From the NCBI GenBank assembly GCA_964016885.1, contig OZ024744.1, positions 72,416,001 to 72,480,000 of the forward strand: DNA of 64,000 nucleotides. The letters are read 5' to 3'. This DNA comes from Eledone cirrhosa. Taxonomy: Eukaryota. Below, piece after piece: positions 39,171-53,652 of the stretch; position 1 is the stretch's first letter, and every line of letters starts with the position of its first letter. Made by a program: the position numbers and the translations under genes. A model generated the notes under the pieces. That model was not told where the DNA came from, searched no databases, and saw nothing but the letters and a program-made list of their open reading frames with translations.

Positions 39171-42100
39171 CTTTTTATTTGCGAGTGTAAACTCGGCCAG
39201 ATTAGATTAGATTAGATTAAGCCAAAAGGCTTCGTTAGGCCAGTGCTTATCCCGGTTTCATGATGTGAAGCACCTGAGAGTACAAGACTTCCTTCTGTAT
39301 AGAACGCCAGCTATGGTACTCATTTTCTGCTGAGTATACTGAAGCAAGAACCCAACCCAGGAATCGAACCCACGACATTATGATCATAAGTCCAACACCC
39401 TTACCACTATGCCACGCGCCTCTACCATGTTAGTAAGAAGTGTATGTATATTCATATATGACAGGCTTCTGTATTGTCGACCTACCAAATTCTATGCACA
39501 TGGCATTAGTCAACTGAGGATTACAGTAAAAGACACTCGTCTAAGGTTCCGTACATTGGAACTGAAAACGGAATCACGTGGTTGTGCTTCGAATTCTTTT
39601 GGTGTGCCTGTTTATCAAATTATTGTATTTATATATTTATTAGTTTATTTTTACTGTGGATAAGTTCACATTATTTTATAAATAGATATAAAGTTGTTTT
39701 GTGTGTTTTAGAATAAAAATAGCAGAAATATATACAGTAATGCATGGATTACACGGCGTCTGGAATTAATAATAAAAAAAAAAGTGGAAGGAGAGAAGTT
39801 AGAAGAAAGAGAGATTATCTGATTCTAAGTTACTGACATCATAAAGTTTACAAATATTTATGATACACAAAAACTAAAGAAAATTTCATTCATTTTTCAA
39901 AGAAAAAATGCTAGAGAAAGCTTCTTTTTTATTTGTGCAGCTGGGTAATTTTGGTCAATTATTAACCCTTTTCGTATAAAACCAACTGAGAACGACTCAG
40001 GTTTTTCGGTAATGAACGACCTGGATCTCGAGTGGGGTGTGGTATAGTATGGTATGGACCTGTAACTCCCGAGGGAGTCGTGGGGGGGGGGGGGCATGTT
40101 GACATATGCTGTTTCTAGGGCATTTTATTTTTTAACTGGCGGACCCTATATCCTCTCCAGGCCACCAAGTGGGGTAGAACTCGTCAAATCGGACTAAGAA
40201 AACAATGTTTCCATTGATCTTTCCAATTGCTGATACTACCTCCTGGTCGCAACTCCTGACAGAAGGAGTAATGTGAAATAAAGTGTCCTTGCTCAAGGAC
40301 ACAAAGCATCGCCTGATTCCGGAATCGAACTCACAAGCTTACGATTGTGAATCCGATTCGCTAACTACTAAGCCAAGCATCTTCACATTTTATAATGAAA
40401 AAGAACAACTTTGTTTTAAGTTATTTACATTTAAATTTAAACCTTGCATCCTCATATTATGAAAGAAAATTCTGTTGAGTTATATTTCAAATAAATACCT
40501 ACAGATTCTAGATCAAACATCTAACTGCGATCATTCTTTCTTTTTATCCGCTATGGTACATCTTGGACTACATTATCGAATGTATCTTTAAGTTTTTAAG
40601 ACTTGAGAATTTTGGGGGTGAGATTTGATTGCTCTTGCTTGGTAGTTGAGTGACCAAACAGAGGCTTCTTGCTGGAAAAATATTTCAACGGCGTGGCATA
40701 TTGAATGAGAGTGTAGGAAATATATAAGAGTCAAAGATTTATGAGTTCGAATCTATGAGACTCATATGGCATATGGTGACGAACAGTAGAATAGGTGAAG
40801 TTGACAGTTCAAGCATACTGTAAGATTAGAGTGTTAACTCTTTTGATACTACCCCTTGAAAATGCCCCTGGTTATGATTTGAAACTGTTTTGAAATGTTT
40901 ATATTGATCTAAAATACTTTTATATTGTTGTAAATTATGTTCAAAGCACCAACTTAATAATGATGAAGTTAGATTTTTATTTTTTTAATTCCTCCAAATT
41001 CTTGATTATTTTCAAAATTATTTGAAAATTATAAACAGGAGCTTCAAGGCTAAAGGTATGCTTTAAGTACAATCGAAAGAGAAGAAAAAATCTCACGTTG
41101 ACAACTCTTTAAAAAAAAATTTTTTAATGACTAATTTTTACGGAAAAATGTTTTTAAATGATAGGATCACAGTCTAAAGAGAGAAAAAGGTCGATATACT
41201 AACTGGTTTGGTTCGAGTTAGAATTGGTTTATTTCAGGTGATCAGGGTTCATTTTAGGCATGAATTTAAAGGTTATCAGTGAGATAGATATTTTGTTAAT
41301 CAGTCAAATGACTTTCATCTTTTTTATATTTCTAGTATTTGTAAGTGCTATCGAGGAGAGATTGTATTTTTAGATACGTGAACACCAATCCCCAAAGAGG
41401 TGTGTTTTAAATCTTGAAGAAAATCAGCAGCTGTTCAAGATAGGATACCTTTTTTATTTTATTTATTTATTTATTTATTTATTCATTTATTTATTTATGT
41501 TGGACTTGAAATGGAAAGTTAAAAGCAGTTGCTGCAATTTTTAATTTACAAGCTGCTTATCCGAAATTTCCAGATGACATCACATGTTTTGGTAGTGAAT
41601 TTAATCCGTCGTCTGGTTTGGATGATTTTAATGGAATCCACTGGCCTTTTGGATGATTTTAATGGAATCGGAATCCACTCTATTGCAAATATTCGGCCGA
41701 GGCCCCTAATTTGAGGATACGTTTCTCCTTCTCCCTCCCTTCCACATGACCCAGAAGCCCTAAATATCGTATATGGTCATAGATGCTGTTCTTCCCTTAA
41801 TAACTAAAAGTAAAAAATAAAAAAAACTACGTGTAAGGTAAAGATTCCCTTAGGAAATACTTATAATTAACCTTGGCTAAGCAAACCTACGATGATCAAC
41901 ATCCTTCCAGTTGTCTTCAGGAAGATTTGTTTCATATTTACTAGTTATTCAGAATAGACTAAACGTCATTCACTACCTCAAAGATTTATGAGACCCGTTC
42001 CAAGAACCATTTGGTACAGTATATTGTATTACATCTACAAGTAAATCTCCCCAAAAATTTGGTACAGAACAAACACGAAGTTATTGGCAATGAAGGAAAT

Positions 42101-42409
42101 GGTAAAGTGACAATTGACTTGTGTGGAAAAGAGGAATGAATAGGTGAGAATCAGTTGAGCACCGCAACAACTGATATACATGATGTTTAAGAAAAATATA
42201 TATATATATGTGTATTTATATGTGTATATATGTTTCTGTGTGTGTGTGTGTGCGTATATGTGCTTGTGTGGGTACACACACATATATATACATATGTGTG
42301 TGTGTGTGTGTACGTGTGTGTGTGTTTGAGTAACAATAGTCGATAGCTACAGAGCGGCTATTGGTCCTTTTTTCAGTGTATTTTACCTGATTTCCGAAAG
42401 CTATCATTA

Positions 42410-42625
42410 TCTGAGTTCAAATCCCGCCGAGGTTAACTTTGCCTTTCATCCTTACGGGGTCGATAAAATAAAGTACCAGTAATGTACTGGGTAATTGCTG
42501 ACCTTGTGTCAAAAGAAAAAACAATTATTTTATCGATCACAAAATAAAGTACCAGTAACGCTATAAAGTCGATTTAATCGACTTTCCTTTTTCCCTCAAA
42601 TTGTTGGCCTAGTGCCTAAATCGGT
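42410..42625 (+). mobile_element. SINE family A (5'-truncated, duplicated 3' end)
   Basis: Matches consensus. Confidence 0.8.
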
Positions 42626-43099
42626 TTTTATGTGTGTGTGTGTGTCTGTCTGATTCTGAGTATGTGTATGCGTATGTGTATGTTTGTGTGTGCATGTATG
42701 TGTGTGTGTGTGTGTCTTGTATATATGTATACCTCCCGTTTTCAACCTCCAGCTATATACTACTAAATTTTCTATCTTCATTCTTTGTATATTCTGACCA
42801 ATTTACCAATCTTGTAGTTTATTGTTGAACAGACGTGTTCAATGACGAAAGTATTAAAGGAAAAAAAAATGAATAAAACGGATCAAAATAATAAACAGGA
42901 TGAGAGAAAAAAAGTGAAAAAAAAGGTGTTGAATTTTTAAAAGGGAAATGAGGAAGGGAGGCAGCAAATTCTACATCCCAACCTTCTAGTTCCTTACTGC
43001 TTATTTGTTTCTTATGAGATCGTTTGGCAGTTATTATGAACATCATAAATGTTCATGAAAGCGCTCGCCTACACTTCGTACAGTTTTAACTCTATAATG

Positions 43100-43288
43100 A
43101 TTTCTACTATAGGCACAAGGCCAAACATTTTAGGGGAGGGGAAAGTCGAATATATCGACATCCAGTGCATTACTGGTACTTTATTTTATCTACCTTGTAA
43201 GGATGAAAAGCAAAGCTAACCTAGATTTGAACTCAGAACTTAAAAGGCCGTAATTATATGCTTGCAAATCATGGTGTCCGACGCTCTA
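43100..43288 (-). mobile_element. SINE family A, long variant
   Basis: Matches consensus. Confidence 0.75.
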
Positions 43289-43317
43289 CTTTGTTGATTT
43301 TTTTTTTTTTCTTTTTA

Positions 43318-43757
43318 ACTTGAACAGTAAACTAAAGGTTAAATTTTTCAGTTCAACAGTTAAAAGTGTGCTTGTGTATGGAGCGGAGTGCTGGACACCT
43401 ACACAAATAGTCGAAAGACGGTTAAATGGCAATATAGACAATATACAAGGCAGCAGAGGAAAATGAAAAATATATCTTGGTGGATCCATAGAACAAACGG
43501 ATTTCTATACGGCGAGCTGAGACCGATTACAGATGTCATAAAGGCTAGGAATCTCAGTTTCATAGGTCACTTATGGCGAAGTGATCAGAAACTACACATT
43601 GTAGAAGAACAAGAGATTGGCCTCGTGTTACGTTTCTGGAGCAGGTTTGTAAAGACACAAATTTTAGAAGCGGAAGCCATGCTGGATAGGGACAAGAGGA
43701 AAAGTATGATTAGTCATCAACGTTGTCCGAGGAAACTCTACATGATGATGGTGATGA
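43318..43757 (+). mobile_element. RTE-like LINE 3' fragment with (GAT)n tail
   Basis: LKVKFFSSTVKSVLVYGAECWT...LYGELRPITDVIKARNLSFIGHLWRS. Confidence 0.7.
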
Positions 43758-44089
43758 CATTTCATAAAATTTAGCAAGTTGTATGAATACAAACATGGTA
43801 GAATTGAGTTTTGAGACTCATTATAAAAGTGCTATTAGAAATGAAGGGCCAAATATAGTGAACGGAATGAAGCAGATGAAATAACCGGAGTGGATATGTA
43901 ATAAAGGAGGGATGAGAGCTTCTGATTTATAGATCATAGGTTCTTGACCCGTTTGAAGAAGAAGAGGGGGTGGGAAGAGCAGTAAAGGGGCTAGAGTAAA
44001 GGGAATGAGAACTGCGGATGGGTGAAAAGATATCAGAAAGGCCATATTAATGGCTTAGGCTTGCTGAAGTGAATATTAAACTAACCCTA

Positions 44090-45120
44090 GAGAGCGCTCC
44101 TATGTAAAATAGAAATGGTGCATTTGGATTTGGGAAATCACAATCCAAGTCTGTAGATATACTATATTTAAACATTGGAAAAGCTTTCGACAAACTTGAT
44201 CTTCCACAAAACTACGTGATCTAGATATGACTCCAAAAAGGCAAATGTCTGTCTGTAACGGTCAAAAATATCCACTCTCGAGGGTCGACTATTCAGCACT
44301 TAGAACCACAATAAACTACATTGATGTGGGTGAAAGCACATTAAAGCTTGTAATTTCTCTTAGACTTATCTTTAGTTGTCATGACAGTCACCTTCACTAA
44401 CTAGGTGATGGTACTAAGATATCAAAGACAATCAAAAGTCACGATTATATTGAGAGCCTCGATATTATACACATGTGTGAGAAGAAGAAAACGTGAAAAA
44501 CGAATGCAGGAATCTTTTGATCACTTCATTATTAGATCTCTCACAGTACAACCAAAACGCAGAGATCCAGACGAAGTTGCAATAACCGAGTCACAAACTG
44601 AGCACAAACTGAAAACTATAAAGAGTCATGGCGCATTGTTCGATACGCATATAACAAGAATGGAGAAAACCCGGAAAACCTGCATAACCCTGGCAGGATA
44701 AATCCTAACAACATTCAAAACAAGTGCATAAAAAGTCGTATTTACTCTCTGGACGAGATTTGTTCTCAATCGCCTGGATTACTTGCAGACCAGCCCTGAT
44801 CGACTGCCAAGTTCCTTACTAAATTGGAGGCAATCCAAAGAGTCTATGCACAAACGATAGCTTCTAGGCACCAGCTGAGCTATTGGCAGAGATTGAAAGA
44901 GTTAATGTTACACCCCTAGAACTAAGAAGAGAATTATATGCAGTCATGTACATCGGGAAAATCTAGTGGCAGGGGTGAGGAGAGACTGGTACCAAGCTTT
45001 GGCATTGTTAGCTATACAAATACCAGAGATGGGCCCCACTGCAGAGTGCAAACAGTTCCGCCCTCTGTGTCTCGAGTAATAAGAGTTACTACGTCAAACA
45101 GGAGGTTGGATCTTGGGACT
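44090..45120 (+). pseudogene. Decayed CR1/Jockey-group LINE RT fragment
   Basis: VDILYLNIGKAFDKLD; LEAIQRVYAQTI...LSYWQRLKEL. Confidence 0.6.
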
Positions 45121-45186
45121 ATGGAAATAGTGCGGAAGACACAAATATGCACACACACATATTGATGTATATATATATATGTGTGT

Positions 45187-45242
<56 letters not shown>

Positions 45243-46210
45243 ATTTGTATATATGTATGTATATATATATGTGTGTGTGCGTGTGTGTGTGTGTGTGTGT
45301 ATGTGCGTACGTGCAGAAAGAGAGATTATGATATAGATTTCGCGATTACGATGGTCACGTGATGAATAAAATATATAACGTGTGTGCGTGTGTATGTGTA
45401 TATGTGTGCGTGTGTATATGTGTGCGTGTGGACGTGTCAAAGGGTGTCTGTTTTTTGCTTTTTTTTTGTTTTTTGTTTTGTTTGTTTTGTTTTGTTTTTT
45501 GGGGTTTTTTGTTGTTTTTTGTCGTCTTTTATCTTTTGGGGTGGTGGAGGTTACAGATCGATGAAATTCCAGAAAACCTGTTGATTTTTATAAAAGCCCG
45601 TGAAAGTGGTAGCCCCAGCATGACCGTAGTCTCATGACTGACGCCAATGTTGTGAACGTTGTTCATAATGTCGACGTTGCGGTAGTTGTTAAGTTGCTGA
45701 TCAAGCAAACTTCTAAGACGATAGATATATAGTCGTTCTTTCAAATACATTGTGACTTGAACGACATCAAACAACGTAACTTTCATTTTTAGTGCAGCAA
45801 AGCCTGATTTGAGAAACGTTTGTTTGCTATGTATAACAGGTTGATCAAGTCAGTTATTTGGGGAAATCAACAAAGAGAGAGGGAGAATATATAGGACAAA
45901 ATATTTTGCAGCATTTGATCCGTGAATTTATATTCTAAATTTATATTGTAAATTCAAATCCCACAGAACCGATAAAATAATCTATCAGGGATCAAATTAA
46001 TCGACTTTCACATCCCTCCAACATTGAAGGCCTTGTATCTGATTTAGAAACCATTATTATCTAGTGAAGAGACAAAGACCAAAGAATTCTAAAGAATGGT
46101 CACAAAATAACTGAATGCAGAAGTCACCGAAATTCATCAAAAAACTAATGATAAAAAACGTCTGGTCAGCTTTTAATTTATCTCCCTCGTGACATTATAA
46201 CATCATTTTT

Positions 46211-46392
46211 TGGCAGTATCGATAGAAGGTTGGACGCCATGCTTTGCAGCATAGAGTTATGGCCCTTTCCAGTCTGAGTTCAAATCCCGCCGAGGTTAAC
46301 TTTGCCTTTAATCCTGACGGGGTCGATAAAATAAAGTACCAGTAATGCACTGGGGTAATTGCTGGCCTTATGCAAAAAGTAGAAACAATTAT
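46211..46392 (+). mobile_element. SINE family A
   Basis: Matches consensus; a partial minus-strand copy lies at 46636-46750. Confidence 0.88.
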
Positions 46393-46907
46393 TTTAATAT
46401 GGTTTATGTATATGACCATATTTCTCGGTGTTTTATTATTTAATTTGAAATAATATTGATTGATTGATTGAATATTTACTTTCGATAGTTCAATAGGTTT
46501 TCATTATCAGGCCCTTTTAGAGAATATACCTTCAGTTCTTGTAAATAATTGACCTTCTCTCTACTTTCAATCCTCTTACTTTCTTACAGTTATAGACAAC
46601 TACATTCTTTTACACCCACTCTTTAGATATTCTGACTGGTACTTTATTTTATCGACCCTGTAAGGATGAAAGGCAAATTTAACCTCGGAGGGAATTGAAC
46701 TCAGAACGTAAATGGCCGTAACTCTATGCTGCAAAGCATGCTGTCCGACATGGAACCTCAGTCGATATCAACGATGGGCATTTCTTTGTTCGACCAACTG
46801 AACAATATCCAACTCGTAAATTAACGTGTAACTGGTTGAGTATTTCAAGGAAATATGTACCGTTAACCGATTTCATTCCAGAGAAAGCGCGCGAAAGAGA
46901 GGAGAGT

Positions 46908-46979
<72 letters not shown>

Positions 46980-47342
46980 ACCCCAGTTCCGGACTGGCAC
47001 TTTATCGACTTCGAAAGGATAATAGGCCTACGCTCTAATGGTAACGGGAACTAGTCCGAAAGACTGTCATCTAAAAATAAAACAAACAAACAATAACCAA
47101 TCCCTTTAGATAACCGAAGATTTGATCGAAAAAATCGAAAGGAAGAAATTAAATGATAAAGACCGACATAGCTTAGCGTTAGTAACATCCAATTCCTTTT
47201 TTCCAGCTGAATGGACAGGAGCAATGGGAAATGATGTCTCGTTCAAGGTCACAACGCACCGCCTGCATCAGAAATCGAATTTAAGCCCTTACGATTGTGA
47301 GTCCAGTACCCTAAACACTAATCAACGAATCTTTGCTAGATA

Positions 47343-47830
47343 ATAATTGTTTCTACTTTTGGCACAAGGACAGCAATTACCTCTGTACTTTATTTTATCG
47401 ACCCCGTAAGGATGAAATGTAAAGTAAACCACGGCGAGATTTGAACTCAGACCGTAAAGGTGCGTAACTCTATGCTGCAAATCATGGCGTCCGATCCTCT
47501 ACCGATACTGCCAATCCACCGCCCTAGATAATAATTGTTTCTTCTTTTGGCACAAGGCCAGCAATTACCCCTGTGCATTACTTTACTGGTACTTTATTTT
47601 ATCGACCCCGTAAGGATGAAAGGCAAAGTTAACCTCGGCGAGATTTGAACTTAGACCGTAAAGGTGCGTAACTCTATACTGCAAATCATGGCATCCGATC
47701 CTCTACCCATACTGCCAATAGATAATAATATGGTTTCTAAATCAGGCACAAGGCCTTCAGGTTTTGAGGGATGTGAAAGTCGATTAATTTGATCACTGAT
47801 AGATTACTTTATCGACTCCGGAAAGAAAGA
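47343..47830 (-). mobile_element. Head-to-tail array of SINE family A (two near-full copies plus an older 3' remnant)
   Basis: 47343-47525, 47530-47720 and 47730-47830; TAGATAATAAT recurs at the junctions. Confidence 0.88.
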
Positions 47831-47976
47831 AATTAAATGATAAATGATGGAATTTCAAACAAATTCTTAAACTTTAACAAATGAGAAAAAATTTCTAAGT
47901 GACTAGATATGTACACGGGTGCATGTGCGTGTAGCTGTATGTATGTATGCATATGCGTGTATGTGTGTGTGTGTGT

Positions 47977-48050
<74 letters not shown>

Positions 48051-48414
48051 CGGTTTTCAAGTGTCTGCGTGAAAGGGGCGGGGAGATAGAGTAAATGAAA
48101 GAGTTGCGTAGCGAGGGGGGGGGGGGTAGAGAAATAGAAAGTGAGAAAGACAGAAAGAAAGTACTTATGTTTAAGCAAGCTGAAAGAATATCCAAGTTAA
48201 AAGGAATGTGAATAGAGGGTATGTAAATGAAGATAAGAGAGGGTGTGTGTAATGGGGAGAGTAAAAAAAAGAGGTGGGGCGATAGAAAGAGAGGGATAAA
48301 GAGAAGAGATATAGGGACACGTGAAAAGAGATGGGAGGAGGAATAGAAAGGTAAAGAGAGAACATGAGGGAGAGAGAGAGAGGAAATATCATACGTATTG
48401 ACGTGTGACTACTT

Positions 48415-48690
48415 GAATATATAGGTGTGTGTGTTTGTGTGTCTGTGTATATAGATGTGTGTGTCTGTGTATATAGGTGTGTGTGTGTCTGTGTATATAG
48501 GTGTGTGTGTGTCTGTGTATATAGGTGTGTGTGTGTCTGTGTATATAGGTGTGTGTGTGTCTGTGTATATAGGTGTGTGTGTATGTGTATGTGTATATAG
48601 GTGTGTGTGGTGTGTGTGTGTCTGTGTGTGTCTGTGTATATAGGTGTGTGTGTGTGTGTGTGTGTGTCTGTATATAGGTGTGTGTGTGTG
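48415..48690. repeat. Minisatellite with 24-bp unit GTCTGTGTATATAGGTGTGTGTGT
   Basis: Direct tandem units. Confidence 0.9.
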
Positions 48691-50774
48691 TGAATGCGTG
48701 CACGCGCGAGAAGACAAGCAAAAAGAAATAAAAATTACTAGAGCGTGTGAGAGCGTGCATGTGTGTGTAGCATATATGTATGTGCATGTGTGTGTGGGGG
48801 TAGGGGTGGGGTAGGCTACACACTGACACACTTCAACTCACTCAGAATACTCTATTCTTTCTAAACCCATAAGAAATACTTCATTACCATAGTTTTACTA
48901 TACGGTCTTCTTGCCTAAACTGGATGAAAGCTAAATCTGATTTGTGGATAAGAAGCCAGTTCATCGTACCCAGTGCAGAATTTAGGAAAAATGAGGCTAC
49001 GAGACCCTTTACTTGGCCCTGAAGGAAGTAGGCCTACACATGCAGTTAGGCATACATGCTCAGGAAGATCGCACCCAGCTCTGTATTAACCATTAAGAAA
49101 AATACCCACGGACATAGAACCTCAAATAAAGAGGGCCTCAGTTTGTTTGTTTGTTTGTTTGTTTTTTTGTTTTTTTACAGGGCTTATTTTTCAGTGCTGG
49201 TTTTACAATGGACCATGTTGCAAAATTTCGATTGAACCAGGATACATAAAAATGAGGCACTTCTATATTATTTTCAGTGCTCGGAGCCCCTAAATATCTT
49301 AATTCGGCCCTGATCGTAAATACGATTTCCAGATTAAACACGGTGAACTGGGGGCAATGTAGAAACAAAATGTTTTCCATTGAAATACCATAACGAAATG
49401 AAGGATGCAAATTTGAACCTACACATGGGAACAAACTTGACAATAGCTTAGCCATTTGGCTACATCTCGTCTACGACACATGCATATATATATGGGCTAT
49501 AATTTTCATTTTTCCTTATCACTTGCACCGATAATGCCATTGAGAAAATAATAAGTGAGCCTTTCTCACATTCCAGGACTGACTTCATAAAGCCATACTG
49601 TATTTGTGATCTTCTATTGCTAAATAATAAATAACGATTCGTGGTTGAAGTCAATCAACTTCCCCAACAACGATACTATCCACGCAAAATACATAAGAAC
49701 CTATATGTTGCATCTTTCTAATTCAGAAATAAGGAAAGTCTCAACTCAAATCGAATATGAAACCACCCGCTGATAATTGTCTAAAACCCTTATTAAAAAA
49801 AAAAAAATTCAAGTCTAAAGATTAAAAATGTAATTCAATATGAGTTGGATCCCTATAAATTTCAAAAAATTAAAGGTTCATTATTTCTGTCAGTATTATG
49901 TTATACCGATTAAAATATTTCGAATTATTTATCCATATATGAACATCTGCTTACGTCCGTAGGATGGTGTCCACACACTGCACTTGCGTAGAATATAATC
50001 TCTCCACTCCTCACATCAACTCCACTCGAATTTCAGCATCAAAGATTTTCAATTACTCACGCTCAAATCCTTTTATAACATTCCTTTTACATCATCTCCT
50101 GTCACTAAGTGACCCCGAATTCCTCAACCCACCAGCAATTTTTTTTTTTTTTCAGCCGTATATTACCCTCACAGTAGCCATTTGATATATTACTGGCTCT
50201 CCTCCTCTCCCATCATATAAAAAACTCTACACATCACTTCTTTAATTCTTTCATTTCTTGCCCGCAAATTAACAGCCGAAGTAATGAAAAATCTTAAATA
50301 TTCTATCTCTGAGAAATGAGACATGCTGAAAACGTCGAACTTTCCACTCCTCACACTAAATCAATGCAAACAAAATTTTACAAAATATTTTGGCCAATGC
50401 ACACCACTACTTGGATTATGGAATTTCTAATATATCATCTTATATTAAAGACTTACATCTCACCACTTCTTTCTCTGAATACAGCTCACATGAATAACGC
50501 TAGAAAATCAGAGATTAACCTCACATTGGTGGACCTAAAAGGCTAGTGACATCAGTAGACCCAAAGAAATAAACATTGAGGGATTTTGCTCGAAAACCTT
50601 GCAACATTTGAGGAAAACTTGCCCTTCATCCTTCCAAAGTCAATAAAATGAAGTACCAGTCAAGTACTAAGGTTAATATAATCGACTTTCGTCTAGGCCA
50701 AACTGATGTCATTGTATCTAAATCAGAAACAATTATTATTATTTTTATTATTATTATTTCCATTATTATTTTTA

Positions 50775-51016
50775 TTGTGATTCCTTAAAGCTCTACCAAG
50801 CACAGTTCTGTGCACCTTGGATATGAGCAGTGTAGTTTTTGCTGATTTTTCTATTGTATTCATAGTACTTTTCATAATATGTATGCAGTCCCTAGTAGTG
50901 CTATCGTTTTTATGCTGTATATATTTCTAAGTCCTGAGGTCTTGGCTATGTATTTGTCTGTGTGTTTTGTTTTTTTATCAATCCCAGAGCACCTATTATT
51001 ATAGGTATTGTTTCTG
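50775..51016 (-). mobile_element. R4/Dong-like LINE 3' end adjoining (TTA)n
   Basis: ETIPIIIGALGLI...NIYSIKTIALLGTAY. Confidence 0.7.
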
Positions 51017-51017
51017 G

Positions 51018-51418
51018 GCATAGAGTTACGGCCCTTTACGTTCTGAGTTCAAATCCCACCAAGGTTAGCTTTGTCTTTCATCCTTACGGGGTCGATAAAA
51101 TAAAGTACCAGTAATGCACTAGGGTCGATTTAACCGACTTTCTCCTCTCCCCCTCCCCCAATAGATTGTTGGCCATGTGCCTAAATCAGAAACCAATCAG
51201 AAACCATTATTATTATTACTAATGGCGGTGGATTGGCAGTATCGGTAGAGAGTCGGACACCATGCTTTGACGCATAGAGTTACGGCCCTTGCCATTCTGA
51301 GTTCAAATCCCGCCGAAGTTAACTTTGCCTTTCATCCTTACACGCGGGTCGATAAAATAAAGTACCAGTAATGCACTGGGTAATTGCTGGCCTTGTGCCA
51401 AAAGTAGAAACCATTATT
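51018..51418 (+). mobile_element. Two tandem SINE family A copies (long variant, then full short variant from 51224)
   Basis: Matches consensus. Confidence 0.9.
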
Positions 51419-51747
51419 AATACTACTATATGCTTGTGTATGCGCGTGTACGCGTGTGCTGTAACTATACACGCATGAACCTCACGAGGTACAGCCTAAT
51501 TCGTTTAATCAAGGCACTTATTCACTGAGAATACTGCTGGGCAACTAATTAGAAATTTATTATTAATAATCTGAAACAGGTTTTATATATATATATAAAT
51601 ATATATATGTATATGTGCGTGTGTATGTGTATCTGTGTGTGTATATATATGTGTGTGTGTATGTGTATGTGTGTGTGTGTATATATATATATATGGGGGG
51701 GGGTTATTTATGCATGTATATATACATACATACAAACATATGCGCGC

Positions 51748-51780
<33 letters not shown>

Positions 51781-51899
51781 TGTGTGAGTGCGTATGTAGA
51801 GAGAAAGAGGAAAAGAAAGAGTGTTGTATGAAATGACAAAGATTAGTTAGACAAAATATACTGCAAATGAATCTTAACAACGATGAAAGGAAGGAACAA

Positions 51900-52087
51900 T
51901 AATTGTTTTTACTTTTGGCACAAGGCCAGCAATTTTTCCAGTGCATTACTGGTACTTTATTTTAGCGACCCCGTAAGGATGAAAGGCAAAGTTAACCTTG
52001 GCGGGATTTGAACTCAGACCATAAAGGGCCGTAACTCTATGCTGCAAAGCATGGCATCCGACCCTCTATCGATACTGTCAATCCACC
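51900..52087 (-). mobile_element. SINE family A; older copies at 52370-52662, partial copy at 54646-54762
   Basis: Matches consensus. Confidence 0.88.
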
Positions 52088-52778
52088 AATAATATTCGAT
52101 TCGTTTACAAACTAACAACCTCATTACGCCATGTTTTTAGATGACCATCGTCTCCCTTTGTTCTAGCGGTGACAGAGAGACACAATCGACAATATTGTTT
52201 CTAGGTTATTGCCATTTGTCAAAAGTGTATCTCGAATATTATTATCATTCAATATAAAACTCATCAATACATTTACGTATCCGCTATTTTAGAGCGAAAA
52301 ATCAAATTCTAATTTTGTTCAAAAAATAAAAGACAAATCATTAAATAGAAAAAAAAATGTATTTGAACTGAGAACATAAAGAGCCAGTGCAAATATTGTA
52401 AGGCATCTCATCAGACGCTCTAACGATTCTGGTAATCCACCGACTTCAATAATAATAGTTTCTGATTTAGGCAAAAGGCCAACAATTTTAGGGTAGGGGA
52501 AAGTCGATCAAATCGACTCCATTGCGTTAATGGTACGTTATTTTATCAACCAGGTAAGGATAAAAGGCAATGCTAAGCCTGGCAAGATTTGAAGTCAGAA
52601 TGAATGGGCCATAACTCTATGCTGCAAAGCATGATGTTCGATACTCTACTGATACTACCAATGATATAATATAATATAATGAAGTATTCAGCAAATAAAT
52701 ATAGCTATAATATCGTATAACAATATATAATATTGGTTTGAGTATGCTTTCTTTCTCTTCCTCCTTTTCTCTATCTCA

Positions 52779-52828
<50 letters not shown>

Positions 52829-52986
52829 TACATACATACTCAAAGACCAAGGCACTAAAAAGCCTTACATCTCTTCTTTTTTCTATCTTATACTATTTCT
52901 TTCAGTTTCCATTTCTTTTTATCTGTGTAAATCAGCTTCGATTGAATAAATAAATGAATAGATAAATAAATAAATAAATAAATAAG

Positions 52987-53017
<31 letters not shown>

Positions 53018-53029
53018 ACTCTATTACAG

Positions 53030-53155
53030 CGATGACGTATTCAATACCGGAAGAAGGGCATAGGCAATTTAATTCGGTCAGCTGAAACTAAACTTGCTGT
53101 AACTAGAAGTTTCCACGTGCTAGTCTACTCGTTTCGTCAGTCGGCCATTTTGATA
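53030..53155. promoter_or_regulatory. Candidate promoter-like motif cluster
   Basis: ATGACGTA (CRE-like), ACCGGAAG (ETS), CACGTG (E-box) and CGGCCATTTTG (YY1-like) within ~120 bp of non-repetitive sequence. Confidence 0.25.
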
Positions 53156-53404
53156 ATCTGCTCAATCAGAGTGTACTAAAAAATGGGTGGACGGGTGGTT
53201 AAGGGTGGCGTTTGTTTATTGTGGTGGCGGTGGAAATGTTGGTGGTCCAAGTTTACAGCAGAACTTAGGTTCTAAGAAAAGCTAGAATTTCACAAATTTT
53301 AACGAGAGGAGTTTACTTGATTACATCAATACAAGTATATGACTGGTATTCGTTTTGTCAACACCGGAAGATTAAATAAAATCACAGAAACTATATAGCT
53401 ACAG

Positions 53405-53489
<85 letters not shown>

Positions 53490-53538
53490 CATACATATAT
53501 ATATATACATATATATAAATAAATATGCATATATATAT

Positions 53539-53581
<43 letters not shown>

Positions 53582-53584
53582 TAC

Positions 53585-53652
<68 letters not shown>

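Noticed and set aside
49320-49650. Possible Helitron Rep remnant on the minus strand
   Set aside because: Similarity is too vague to support without a search
53120-53142. Minus-strand CTGACGAAAC
   Set aside because: No stem II between the core boxes
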